Part shown: piece by piece, positions 27,001 through 41,295 of the stretch | Layout of the letters: each line of letters starts with the position of its first letter | Position numbering within the stretch: the stretch's first letter is position 1 | NCBI RefSeq assembly: GCF_009914755.1 | Contig: NC_060935.1 | Strand: one strand, 5' to 3' | DNA: 64,000 bases | Source of the DNA: the human T2T-CHM13v2.0 reference genome, Homo sapiens | The notes under the pieces: generated by a model | The model's input: the letters and a program-made list of their open reading frames with translations, nothing else | What the model was told of the DNA's origin: nothing | Database searches by the model: none | Translations under genes and position numbers: made by a program

Positions 27001-29437
27001 ATATTGGTGGGAGATGTTATTATGCCCATACCTTGCTGAGTGATGATAACAAATAATGACTTTGTTAGATCATGGGGAAGCCTTTCAGATCCTCAGTTCA
27101 CGACAGGTAACTTGTCATAGAAGGAAGTCTGGAGCTCTCTGTCAGGCAAGTATAGTTGTCACTGCGACACACACACACAAAAAAAAACACTGGCTCTATT
27201 CTACCTACTGTATGTCAACTTCATAGTGCATATCTCTACATAGCCAAGAAAAATGAAATACAAATATAATCATTTTAAGCACTTTTTAGTAATCACAAAT
27301 TCAGCTGGGTTAAGTCAAATTTCAGATTCAAAACTAACTTCTTATAGAATCACTCACTCGTTCACTCCTTCATTAAGTCAGCAAAAATTTGATTTCTGGC
27401 TCTTTGGGATTTGGTGTAATGAATTTTCCCTTGCATTTAAAGAGGGCTGCTGTATTGATAAACGTGTTGACAAACACACAGGATATGCCACTCTCACTAC
27501 ACTGACTAGAAAGTACGCAGTCTGGGTCCTTCCATAATCAGAGGAGCTGTCAAGCAACACCGATCTGCCAGTGTGAAGAATCCAGAACCCTGAAGCTTTT
27601 ACTCTTCATCACTGGCCTTCAATTTGCCTCATTTCTGGAAAAGACTCAAATGTCCTTTGTATGTATATATATCTTTCTAAGCTTCATCACTCCCACACTT
27701 GGAAAAAATACCATTGTTTCTAAATGGTTTACGAGCAGTGTTATAGAGCCTTCCAGTCTGGGGTGCCATGAGGGAACCACCTTCCAGAGTCTGCTGCCCA
27801 AAGCCTCCTGATATGGTGCTGACTTGGGTCACCCACAGTGGCTCAGGCCACTTCTCCACAGGCCTTCCTGTGAAGGTGGGTGTCATTTGCTATAGGGGCA
27901 GTTGGCCGCTGTTTCTGAATGGCAGAAACGTGTTTTTTTTTTTTTTAATTAAAAAAAAAAAATCACCAAACTCTTACTTAGCATTCAGCAGTCACTCAAA
28001 AACTTCAATTCCAAATTTTGCATGTGGGCCTGTTGGGGTTGAGTTAGTGGTGTGCAGAAGTCTGCAGAAGGCTCCCTGTGGGGAGAAGTGAGGTCCCACT
28101 CCAGCCTGGAGCCCGTGTTCTATGCATTCTCATCATGTGGTTCACATAACTCAGCTCAAAATGTGAGCGGCACTTAATTCCTGGCACTCTGCCAGGTTGG
28201 CAGGCGGACTTTTCTAGAATGGATCCAGTGTGACCAGTTTGCTGTGGCTTCATAATAGCAAGCGAGATGGCGGTTGGGCAGGGTGTATTACTGTTGTTGT
28301 TGTTTTTGTCCGACAGCTTGGTTTTCTCTTCTCTCCCCAAAAAGTTGATCCACATCTTTACATACCTGTTCTATAACTTCTTTGGAAACTGTATGTATGT
28401 TAGGGTGTGACTGGATTCTGAAGCCAGAATTTCACAGTACACATTTTTCCACATCTGAAAGGAATTGGAATTGAATTCCGAATAGCATTTAGAATTGAAT
28501 CGGACAAGTAAGGCCTCTTCCGGGTTAGGCTGGATAATCGAGTTAATTCAAATCCATTTGAAGGATGTTCCTTGAAAAATGTTGCCTTGTGGAAAGGTGC
28601 TATATACACAGTGAATGCGTTATCTGTCTGTATTCTGAGAACTAAAATCTTGTGGTCTCGGTCCTATTTGTATTTGGTGTCTTGTTTTTGTTTGTTTGTT
28701 TTGTTTTTGTTTTTTTGCCCAATTCACTTTTACTGCTTTTGTGAACACGGCTTTGGAATTCCAGCTCACATCTGTTATTCCAAGGGAGATGCTAGATGGT
28801 CGATGTCTGGTCGTGGCAGCCTCCCTGCTAGCTTGCACGGTCGTGACTAGCTCAGTTCTGAAGTTCAACACATTTCCACCTAATGTGCCTTATGACAAAA
28901 GAAGGGCAGCGTGTGTCCTCCCAGATTGGTTTACACCCTGCATCACTTAGGCATGTGTAATTGTAGTTCGTTGCAGTGTTGATATCCATTACCTAGTAAT
29001 TAATGTACTATCTTCCACTTCTGTTTGAGATGTGTTATTAACTTCTCAGATCTGTCCTGCTGCTCCTGGTTTAATCTGTACACAGTAGGAAGAAATTCTG
29101 TTTCTTACCAAAAATTGCAGAGCAATTTGATCCAGTTTCTTTTGTTGAAACGCTGAGCTAATTATATTTAACCACGGATGATAGTAAAGTTGCACTAACA
29201 GCATTTTTTAATCAATGGGAAATGTTTAGCTTGTGTGGGGTTGGGGAGCTGGGAATCCAGATGTGGGGGAGGCCAGGCAACCAATTCTATAGAAAAACGT
29301 TAACTGTGTGATTAAGCATAAGCTTTCTAATGGAGTTATTACAGGACTAAAGAGGTCTTTATTGCATGAACGTGGAGGCAGGATGTAAATGTGCTTGTGT
29401 GCGTATTAAAGAGGAGAGAGAAGATCCTCTCTCTTCC

Positions 29438-29443
<6 letters not shown>

Positions 29444-29479
<36 letters not shown>

Positions 29480-29491
29480 TGTGTGTGTGTG
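29444..29491. repeat. (TG)n microsatellite
   Basis: Direct reading. Confidence 0.95.
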
Positions 29492-29944
29492 TCTTTGTTT
29501 TTTGCACATCTCCAAATTGCTTTGTAGAAGTAACAGCCAGCTTGGGAAACCCAGGACAAGATTGACCTAGCTGATAGCAACCATATCCCAAAAACAGAAA
29601 CCTGGGACAATTGTTTATGTGGTTTAATGGGCAGCTAGACAGACGTGTTTGCCCACGTTATGAGGCTAGCAGATCATTTCAACTTGCCTTTATTGGTGGA
29701 ACAATTAGGGTTGAACTCTCCCCAATGTAAAATCAGTACTGCAGATTGGCTCCACATTAATAATGCAGAGAGAAAAGATGTTTGCTTAGAAAAAGCTAGA
29801 ACATGAACTGTGATTTGCCTTCTCCTGACCCTGTGGCAGCTCCTCAAAAATATAGTTCAAGCTGTACCTCACATAGGGGAAGAGATAATACATATTATCA
29901 CTTGTCATCAATTCCCTGATTATTGTTTAGGCTCTTGAGTGTAA

Positions 29945-30337
<393 letters not shown>

Positions 30338-31469
30338 TGACTGATTCTTTTTTTCAGGAGACATGAAATAACACATCCAGAACCTTTCTATGATTTCCAG
30401 GCATCTTCATTTTCAAGTGTCTCGATTCCTACAACTCTTTTGTAGATCAAAGCTACCTTTTCTTGCAAATTATATTTATATTTCTGTGGTGCTTTTCAAA
30501 TCGTTTGACAATTGCCAGATTATTGAGAACTCATAGCAGCCTGAAACCAAAGAAGGCAGATTGCTAGGATTGTCCTTTCATGGAAGAGCAAGCAGAGATC
30601 AGAGAATGTGCCCAGCACTCCATGGCTAATAGAGGGAGAGGGTTCCAGGCCTCATACCAAGTCAATAGACCTCTTCCCAATAAGGGTCACAGCACTTTGC
30701 TCTTGATTTGATTTTTAGCAAACAATTTCTTCCCACCATTAAAAAATTCTACCCACTCTTAAAATAGGATCGCTGTCCTTTGGTCATAGCCAGTCCTCTT
30801 TGGTTTTCTGTAAAGGCAGTGTGCGGTGAAAGTGACAAATACCTGACAAAGAGCAAAAAAACAAGGGAAAATAGAAATGCACTGGCTAGATGTTAAGAAG
30901 ATATGAAAAAATGCAGGCTTATGTCCTCACTATTTGAAAAGATCAAAAGGCTATGGAGAATTGTGTTGAGGAATTGGTCTTTGGGAGGGAAGGGAGGGAA
31001 GTGAAGGAAGAAGAGAGTGATTTTTGTTGTTGTTATGTGTCTTGCTTTGTTTTTTCTTTTCATCTCGGGGCTGCTTGTTTAGGTTTCATTTTTATGTCTC
31101 CCTGGCCTAGTTGGTTATTAAACAGTGGGCCTAAAAAAACTAAGGGCAAAAAGGTGTTTCTCTTTCATACTACATGGAATAGACATTGGGAGTCATGAAT
31201 TAGAATTCTCTTTGGTGGAAAATGAAAAATCATTAAGGTTGTCTTCCAATACCGCTAAAAGCTAATTGCATTAAAATAATTATTTATGCTGTAAGTAAGG
31301 GCCAGGTAATCTGAGCCGATGTTGGTGTTGCATTGTATTTGTGTTTAGAAATCTTCAGTAGTATAATTAAAAGTAAAATACAGTGACTTGATCTTTAGGG
31401 GTCTTGCTTTCTGTGGGAAGTGCAGGGTTCAAGAGGGAGCAGGAGACAGACAGAGAAAGTGGATTAATG

Positions 31470-31680
31470 AGTGCTGGTTTCCTCTGTGTGCCAGAGGCTG
31501 TGACCTTATTTATTCATGTTATCTCATGTAATCGCCACTACAAAACTCTCAGGTGGATGTTATTATCTTCATTTTGCAAAGATGGAAACAGGTGTTCAGA
31601 GACATTAAACAATTTGTGCCAAAGCATACAGCTCTTAAGTAAGTGGCAGAGCCAGAATTTGAACCCAGATCTCTCTGATC
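31470..31680 (-). mobile_element. MIR
   Basis: cattttgcaaagatggaaacaggtgttcagaga...aagtggcagagccagaatttgaacccag. Confidence 0.85.
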
Positions 31681-31757
31681 TATTCCCCCATATTGTTTCC
31701 CAAAGGATAGTTTGGGGAGGCATGTGGCTTGAAATGCTCATGAGAAGGGATAACTTT

Positions 31758-32042
31758 CCTGGGCATGGTGGCTCACACCTGTAATCCCAGCACTTTGGGA
31801 GGCCGACGCGGGTAGATCACCAGAGATCAAGAGTTCGAGACAAGTCTGGCCAAGATGGCGAAACCCCGTTTCTACTAAAAATACAAAAAATTAGCCAGGC
31901 TTGGTGGCACATGCCTGTAATCCCAGCTACTCAGGAGGCTGAGGCAGGCAGAATTGCTTGAACCTGGGAGGCGGAGGTTGTGGTGAGCCGAGATCATGCC
32001 ACTGCACTGCAGCCTAGGCGACAGAGTGAGACTTTGTCTCAA

Positions 32043-32081
<39 letters not shown>

Positions 32082-32082
32082 A
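31758..32082 (+). mobile_element. Alu (AluS) with (TAAA)n tail
   Basis: Alu consensus; TSD gagaag(g/a)gataactt. Confidence 0.97.
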
Positions 32083-32177
32083 GAGAAGAGATAACTTATT
32101 GCCCTCTTGAAGCTAACAATGAATTAGATTTTCTGATCACTCACTGTCCAATTGGGTAATTCATTGCTTTCCTACGA

Positions 32178-32598
32178 AATATGGGTTGAATTCTGTCCGC
32201 CCCAAATTCCTATGTTGAAGTCCTAATCCCTAGTACCTCAGAATGTGACCTTACTTGGTAACAGGGTCATTGCTGATATAATTAGTTAAGGTGAAGTTCT
32301 ACTGGAATAGGATCGGCCCTATCCAGCATGACCGGCATTCTTATGAAAAGGGAAAATTTGGAGACAGACACACTTGGAGATCAGAGTTATGCTACCACGA
32401 GTTAAGGAACTCCCAGAAACTAGAAGAGAAGCCTGGGACAGTTACCTGGACAGTACCATAGTACCTTCTGAGGGAGCATAACCCTGGGGACACTTTGATC
32501 TTGGATTTCTAACCTTCAGAGCTCTGAGACAAGGAATTTCTCTTTACCCTGCTCAGTTTAGACCAGTTTGTTTCAGCCAGCCCTAGAAAACTAACATA
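32178..32598 (+). mobile_element. MLT1 (MLT1B-like) MaLR solo LTR
   Basis: atgggttgaatt...tatgttgaagtcctaatccctagtacctcagaatgtgacctta...ccctagaaaactaa. Confidence 0.85.
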
Positions 32599-33999
32599 GT
32601 ACATCTCATCTCTTATTCCCATTAGGTCCTTAGTTTTGTCCCGTCAGCCCAGGCTGGGTGGTGGTACTTCTTCCAAGCTGTCTGTTCACATACTTTTAGC
32701 AGGTTCCAGGAGCTGCCATCAAAACCATTTTGTCTCGTGTATTGCATGAAGCTCATCCCCTCTACATTCCAAATAGCCGTCCTCACCTGTATTCCCAGCA
32801 GTCCCCCTCCCCTCCAACTGATCCTCATTGTGTTCTGGAATTATTATTTTCTGTGCCACAGTGGATTCCGTAAGTACTCCTTGGCTGGATGTCAGGATAT
32901 TATAGCTTGAGGATTGATCTTGGTATGTTCTTTTGTCTGGGTCTTTTATTTTGCCTTATATTGTTCATTCACAGATTTTAGAAGATTGCACATTTTGTTT
33001 AATTATGTTGGAGACAGACTGGCATTTTAGCTGTTACAGTCTGTGGGAGAGGGGTTGATAGCAAAAATTATGTGGAGTTTAAATTGTGTTCGGTAAAGGA
33101 AGTAGAAATGAATAAAGCTGTTTTACCATGAAAAGTCGGTATTTTGCCTTGGATCTTAGAATGGGTCTTTTTTTATTTTTTTTCCTTCTTAGCTGGAAAT
33201 GTTCTAAGTGCTGCATTGTCTATTTCGTTTGCCTTTTACAAGTCTGACTGTTATAAAAAGGAAATTTGTATCTGTATTTGCAAATTTGAGCCTGGCAGCT
33301 GTGTTTTGAAGGCTTAATCTGGGATCGAACTGAGATGCAAATGATGTCGAATAGTTTTTCCCATGATGTTGTCAAGTTTTACTTTTCAAAAATACTGCTC
33401 GTGGCAGCTCCAGCCTCCACACAGGGTCTACTGAGTTTTAGATTTTTAAGTAATAGGCAATTTTATACTGATGTTCCCTCAGAAAAGCAATGGCTTCTCG
33501 TTGTACCCTCCCTACACAATGCCTGCACAACTGCCGTGGGGCTGAGAAAGAATCCCTTCTCTGCTCTTATTACATTAGCCATGTTTTTGATTAGTTGAGG
33601 GGAAAAAAGAAGGCCTCACAAAACCACAAAGCTTTTTGTCTCTCATGTCTGTCAAAATGTGGCTGATTTAATTTGAATGAAATTTTAATTAGAAAAATTC
33701 TGCCAAGATCTAGCCCTGATTTGAATATTTATAGATATGTTAAGAATCTCCGTAAACCTGGGGTCTAATTTGAATTACTTCCCTGGACCTCAGCCCTAAT
33801 GGTACAGAAAGTGGCGGGGGAGCTGTGCGATAGGGCAGATTACCCACACACTGGGCTAGAATGGGGGTCTGGACAGGGAAGCAGCTATGTGCGTGGTCTC
33901 TGCTGTTTTAATAGCAGCAGTTTATCCAGAGATGTTTTTCAGGCTTGTGAGCACTTCATTATGGGAGTGGAAAACATATGACTAATATTAGCATGTTAC

Positions 34000-34002
<3 letters not shown>

Positions 34003-34068
<66 letters not shown>
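34003..34068. repeat. Perfect (AT)33 microsatellite
   Basis: 66 uninterrupted nt. Confidence 0.97.
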
Positions 34069-34071
<3 letters not shown>

Positions 34072-36373
34072 AGAGGGTGCAGGGTATGTCTGAAAAACCA
34101 TGGGGATTGGGAGAGTCAGAAAATCCCTGTCCAGGTTCATTCTTGCCTAGTTCAAGGCTTGTGTTCTTGGGCTTAACCTGCAGAGCTTCAATATCTTTAT
34201 CTCTAGAATAGGGAAAAATAAGATGTGCGAGGCTCATAGTAAAACCGTACCAGCAGCAGGAGTCAGCACGGCAGGGCTGGTGGCCTCGGGCAGCAGGTTA
34301 CTGTGCTTTATGAGTAAAGATGGTGGACTTGGATTGTTGTTGCTTCTAGCTAGCTCAATGCCAGAGGCCACCTGTTCCAAATCATCCCTTAGCCCTAATG
34401 AATGTGCTTGATGTTAAAAAAAAAAATCTCCATGGCATGTTACCTTTGTCATTGTGTATTTAGAATAAATGCTGTGTGTCCAGTGCAGCAGAATGAAAGC
34501 TTTAACTAGACAATAGATTTGTTACCATAGTCTGCCTTCATCTAGGAGATTAGAAGTGGAAAATCCTAAATATATGCAAATATAAATATATATCCCCTCC
34601 TGAAGATTTCCTGGCAATCCTGTTCTTTTTAACAGAGCTACAGAAAAGACCCACATAGGACTTAGTTCCTCGAATCTGCAGACTCATAGCCCCTCAACAC
34701 TTCCTGAGTGATTGCTGGGGTTTCAGCCCTTATTGACATTTCTCTTTCAGAGATAAGACTCCATTTCCCCGACAAACACCAGGTATTTCTAAGCAACCTC
34801 AATTTCATTTAGTAATGTTGGTGCAAAAGTGCACAGGCACAAGTTTCTTTGTATATGGCAAAATAAATTGGCGAGGTTTTAGTGAAAAAAGAAAAAAATC
34901 TGCAACAGTGATTTGCTCCAGTAAATATTGTCAGCAGATATGGCTGTGACTCCTGGAATAGGGGTCTTATGTGCACATGAACTAGTCATTTTGCACGTTG
35001 GTCCCCTGGCTCCTCCTGAGCCAGAGACATGGAATGTCCCTACCTGGCTCATCTGACCACCCATGGCTAGTATAGACTTTAACCTTATTGCAAATTCAGG
35101 AATGTGAAAAATTCATATATAGTATGCTTAGTATTTTTTCCACTTGCAAGTGGCATCAAGAAATCAGGCTTCATTAGGATTATCCCTGAGGCTAAGAAAG
35201 AGCAAGTGGTGGTGAAGAGCAGGAAGCAACATGGAAGATGGCTTAGGGTAGGAGGGACTCCTGCCAAAACCCTCTGTGTGCATCCCAGAGGAGACTTTTG
35301 GGGAGTACAAGTATTATGCTGACACTCTCACTCCAGGCCCACCAACAACTGTATCTCCATCCTCAGGGAATAGTCCTTTATATCTGCTGGAGAAGGTTGT
35401 ATATATGTGTGGAATTTGTACACCAGCTAGGAGCCAAAAGGCTTCCTCCATGGAACTCCTACAAAATAAGACTCCAGAGGTGCCTTGGCAACTGAGGTTG
35501 CTGGGTGATGTCATGCCCTTGTGGGAGATCTGTATTTCTTAGATTAACTGAAGCCTTTGAATACTAACTTTGATGTGTTATGTTAACCATCTGGAGACAT
35601 TTTACAGTTGTTGTCAAAAGGTTGACTGAGGTCTCTAATGCAACACGAGGAGTTGATGGAAGCTTAATAGAGTTTACCAGTTTTGCTGATTTGTGAATGA
35701 CAGCACCACAATAACCCTTGGCCCAAGAGATGGCGGCTGTGTGTACTGTTTGAATGAAGGTGGCAAGGGGTAGAATGTGAATCGTGCATTTTGTAACAAT
35801 TTGGAAAGCAGTTGAATTGGGTACATCCACCCTAGTTGGGAAACTTTGCCCTGTTGGTTACATATATGTCATTGATTTATTCACCACTTATTTGCCTTTG
35901 TAGAAAGCCCTCTTAGTTTAGGAGTTTTGCACATCAGCCCTCATTCCTCAATAAGAGGTGTGGTATATTTCAATATGCCTTATGTGTATATTTGGTTTTA
36001 GATCAAGGCCTAGCCTAAGCTTCCAGGGTATTGCTAGTAAGGCTGTTATGATACTGAGAAGAATGAATCTTTGAGCTTTGCTTCTTTTCTTCACATGGAG
36101 AAATAGTAAGACATCTTTGTTTTCCTGTTTTTCATACCATTCACCATTGTGGAAAAACATCAATCATACTCCCCACGTATCTGAACATATTTAATACTGT
36201 GTCCCTATATTTATAATCCCAACATATTTATGCACATGTATAATTATGCATATATAAAAATACAAGAGAGGAGAAAAAAGCAAAAATAATGAAAATGGGA
36301 ATACTACTAAAATTAAATGGAAGCAAGAAGTTGATGAGAGGGTAGAAGAAGAAATCACGGTAAGAATGTGGGT

Positions 36374-36477
36374 GGCAGTTACCCTGATTTGATTATGTGA
36401 ATGTATGAAATCATCGCATGTACTCCCAAAATATGTATACATATTATATATCAATAATACATAACTAGTATAAAATA
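36374..36477 (+). mobile_element. Tiny 5'-truncated L1MA-like 3' end with TSD
   Basis: ttaccctgatttgatt...catgtactccc..aatatgta L1MA 3' motif; TSD aagaatgtgggt at 36362-36373 and 36478-36489. Confidence 0.75.
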
Positions 36478-37684
36478 AAGAATGTGGGTAGTTGGTCAAA
36501 CAACCACCAGATGCTGGTGTTTTGATACAATTTAATGTGTCTTAGGGGAACAGGGTTTAATCATCAGAGACTCTACTGTTGAGAACACCAAGCTGGGAAT
36601 CCAGAGATTAGAGTGTGTTCATTCAGGTCCCTTCACCAACTGCACGAACCCCCTGATCTATGCCAGGAATGGGGCTGGTCCTAGGGATGCACAGAACAAG
36701 GACAAGCATGGCCTCTTGGAGGCTAATAGATTTAGGAGGAGTTCTCTGTCGCCTTTTAAAAGCAAAGGTGTATGGTAAAGATGGCTTATGTTACTCTAAA
36801 TTAGATTCTGCTTTGATTGTGGTGAAGCATGAATATAAGGAAGGGTCCCAAGGTCAGAAGGGATGCTAGGTATTCTAGAGCCCATCAACATTGTGTCATC
36901 CACAGTTGATTGAATTGTATTCTATAAGAGATTAGGTGAAGGTCCACTTGACTATCATCCAATTTTTAGACATTTTGAAAAACCATCTGGTCTACTCTGA
37001 GGTCACATCCCCACCTCAGAGAACACCCACTAGCCTGGGAAGAATAAACACAAAACACTCCATGGTTTTCAAAGGAGGTGTTATGGGTTTTTGCAAAGGT
37101 TTCTTTCTTAGTTACATCCTAAGATATGAGACATCTGTAAATCCTCTCATTGTTTGTTTTTTTCTGTGTGTTTAATTTATGTGGTTTTTTTTTCTCTATG
37201 GCTATGGGATGGAGCCAAATTTAGCTTAACAAATTCCTAAAGGCAAATACAAGAAATGCTTTCCAAATGTTTCCACTGTACCATAAAAAAATACACCACT
37301 TGTTTCCCAGCCTGTTGAGAAAAGCTGGCCCATCAACTTCTTATGAGGACTGCATCCTTTATGAAAAATTAACATGCAGAAGGGCATATGAGAGTGATAT
37401 GCTACACTGGGTTTACCAGGAATTATAAACTTGACTTTGCAAGGTTGCAATTTATAACCTGCTTCATCTTCTCCAAACTCCTCCATAGACTTTCTTGCCT
37501 GACAATGTGGCAGGGGTCATTGGCAAGATCACAAAATGTTATCTCAGGCATATCCTGGGATGTGTTTTTTCTGGCTGCCTATGAGTCACACATTGCATAT
37601 TTTAACATACCCCTGGTTAGAATGTTCTCAGTGCTGGTGTTGACCACACTTATGCACAGAGTAGATCCTGGTGTAAGCTGCTGA

Positions 37685-38173
<489 letters not shown>

Positions 38174-41169
38174 AGAGAGCATCATGTCTTTCCTACAGTT
38201 TGTAGCCCCTGTCATGGGCAGGGTCAGATTTCAATAGAGCCTGGAGCCGCTGAGGTGGGACTGTCTCTCCCAGCACTCCGTTTCTGCTTTCTCTCTTTCC
38301 TCTTTGTCGCTCTTGCTTGTTACCGTCACATTTTCCCATGGCCTCTCCCTTCACTCCCTCAAAAGGAATGCCTACAGCAGCAGTGAAAGAGGGATTCACT
38401 AGAGGAGAGTGGGTGGGAGGAATGCTATTTTAGAAAAGTAACTAAATAAATGGATAGTCAAGCTCTAAAAAAAACTTCCTTAAAGACTGTGTGGGATTTA
38501 ACATCCAAGAAACGAACATGAGATAGACCATACAGATGAAATAAATGCAAATACGGTCCCAACATTACAAATTTCCTACTTTCTTCTTTGCCCCATTCTC
38601 CGGGTGCTTCCATTTTAGAAGAGAAAAATGAAGAAGGAGAGACAAAAAGTGAACCTGAGAGCAGAAGAGAGGCAGGGAGACAGAAAAATGGGGGCCAAAT
38701 GGGAGAGAAAGACATCGGAGAAGAGTAAAATAACTAAGGATGGGGACACTCTCACGTTACACCACATCCCTGATGCATTAATGTGTTGACTTAAAAAAGG
38801 CTGCAGGGGCTCATCTCCCTGCACAAGGTCTACCTTTCTGCCCTGAGAGATGATTTGGAGTTCCGATGTGTATTTCATTAGCAGATTGATGAAACGTGGT
38901 GGCACATGCCAACCGTCTGGAAGTGTGACAGTGCATCCAGGCTGGTCTCGCCTCATATCCGTGGACTCTGATGAAGCTCCTTCATCCGGGAGGCCAATTA
39001 GCAAACTGTTGAATGCTCTGCTTTTTTGCAAGTTTCTGACAAACAGCCTGGTTTCTGGCAGATGGAGGGTAACCAAAGCAAGCCTGCTTGCTGGGGTTAG
39101 GAGGAAAAGCTCATTGCAAAAAGAAAGAAGATGAATTTCTCCCTGAGTAAATGGCACATAAGCTCCCTGGTTGATGTCAGGACAGAAAATGTTTGCTGGG
39201 TTTCTGAAGAGTGAAGAACCTGGGACTAGAGTTCAGGGAGTGATGACACATGGCAGATTACAGCATTCGAAGGCCAACATTCGAAGAGTCCGGGTGCTTT
39301 AGTCTCATTTGCATCAGCTCACTCACCTGCTGCTAACACCAGGCTGGAAGAAGCAGGCTCTTGGTGACCCACTTTTATTTCAGAGCCCAGGACTAGGACT
39401 TGAATGTCAGGCAGGACAGTATTATGCCAGAGCTGCTCCACTGGTTTGTGAGAATCAACCATACGCATCTCTTCCCAGCTCTGCATTTGGTAATACCATG
39501 TTGGTAGCTTGAAATTTCACGGTGGGAGGATTTACACCACAGATATGGGTGAATGCTACAAATCAGGACTCCCCCACCACCAAAAGCCTTTTGATAAATA
39601 TTCACCAGCATGCCACTGGGCAGGAGAGAGAGATGAAGAAACTGTCATATACTTTTTAATTATACATTTTAACAATTTTGAAGCCTAGCCTTGTTTTCTG
39701 TGAGAGTGTATGATTATGTGTGTACCCCCAACTTGTTGATTCCTAAGTAAAGAATTTGCTCTCCTTTTGCTATGGAGCAAAATAAGAGCACATTTCCATT
39801 TTCAGGGTTTGTTTAAGAATTTTGCAACAAGTTGAAGGAAATCATGTCTGCTCAGCTAAGCAATTTGGTGTCTGTTGATAGCCAAACAGCCTGGAAAATT
39901 ATCTTTGCCTCAGCTCACCCACTGTGCAGGGAATTATGCTGACAAGCTGGCTGCTTCCAGAGGCCTATTGTGTGGCAGCACAGTGGTGAGGGAGAGGCAG
40001 GTATGTGATTAAGCCATCTCTTGCTCTGTCTGCTCTGCTTAATAAGTGAACACTGCCAGACTGTCTTTGTGTGCCTTTTCTATCAACGCTTGGGTCATTT
40101 CTTCTCTCTCATCCCCCGAAGGCAGGATAAAGTATAGACAATCACCAAAAGATTTTGGAAAGCATTTCCAGCAAACACATGGAAATTGCTAGAGATAAGA
40201 GGATGTCTGAAACCTCCTTAGCATGAAATACCAAGATTTCTTTTGCTTTTAGGATGCATGTCTTAAAATATGGAGACACTTGGCTTTTGTGACAGTATCT
40301 TTAAGAGGCATCTTGGTTAATAAGAGACAGTGGATGGGGAAGGATTCAACTCATTAATATTCTAGAGTCAAAGAATATTCACACTCAATCTCTATGATTT
40401 TGTTAATGTAGAAACTGGGGACCCTGAGGTTATATGACTTTCCTAAGATGGGCACACAGAACAAGACCCCAGATTCCTGGGCAACCCAGGAACAGCAGCA
40501 ACATCTGCCACCACTGCTGCAGCTGCTGCTCCTTCTTTTCTCACTCCTGTGATTTGTGGACGACTGACTGGCAGGCTCTGTGCTGAGCATTCTCCTGGCT
40601 TCTCACTTCATCTCATAGGCATTGAACAGCTGCTGGGCACAGGTATGACTGAGCACTCAGAGGTTGCAGAGAACAGTGAGATATAGCCCCTGTCTGGAAG
40701 AGGCTTATAGTATTATCCTGCTTATTGGATATGGACTACCCAAATAAAGAGTGAGTTTAGCGCTACAGGGGTATTGAAAGGCAGGAGAAAGTACATTTGA
40801 TTGGGCTTATAGGTATCTCCAAGATTCCTTCTTGGGAAGCATTAGCTGCAGGATAAAAACAAACTTTTAGAGGTAAAAACTATAATGTGAAGTTTTTCTT
40901 AGCATGACACTTGATACTAAAAGAATTATAAGGCATTCTCTGGAATGATCCTTCATAAAGCCTGATGTAGGAGCCCCTATCCCTGGGCAGAGCCCACATA
41001 AGGGAAACCCCGAATCTCTGTGTGATGTGCAGGAGGCCGTCTTCCTGTAGCACTAAGTTTTTCTTCCACTCTACTCTGAAGCAAAAACAGCAAGGACTTG
41101 TACTTAGAGTAGAAAAAGTAGAAGAAATATCTCCTCTGAGGCCTCACTGCGTTATTGGGGATGGCATAG

Positions 41170-41295
41170 TACAAGAGAAAGGAAATGGACTTTGGAGCAG
41201 AATAAATCCAGCTCCCCAGCTGCTAGCTGTGTAATATTGAGCAATTTACTTAACCTCTCTAAGCCTCCAGCTCTTCGTCTGTATAATGGGTGGGT
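41170..41295 (+). mobile_element. MIR
   Basis: ggactttggagcaga...ctagctgtgt..attgagcaatttacttaacctctctaagcctc. Confidence 0.8.

Noticed and set aside
34813-34830. MADE1/Mariner TIR-like gttggtgcaaaagt
   Set aside because: Only about 14 nt match and there is no partner inverted repeat.
38869-38915. NFI site TGGCACATGCCAA
   Set aside because: Spacer is 4 nt rather than the required 5.
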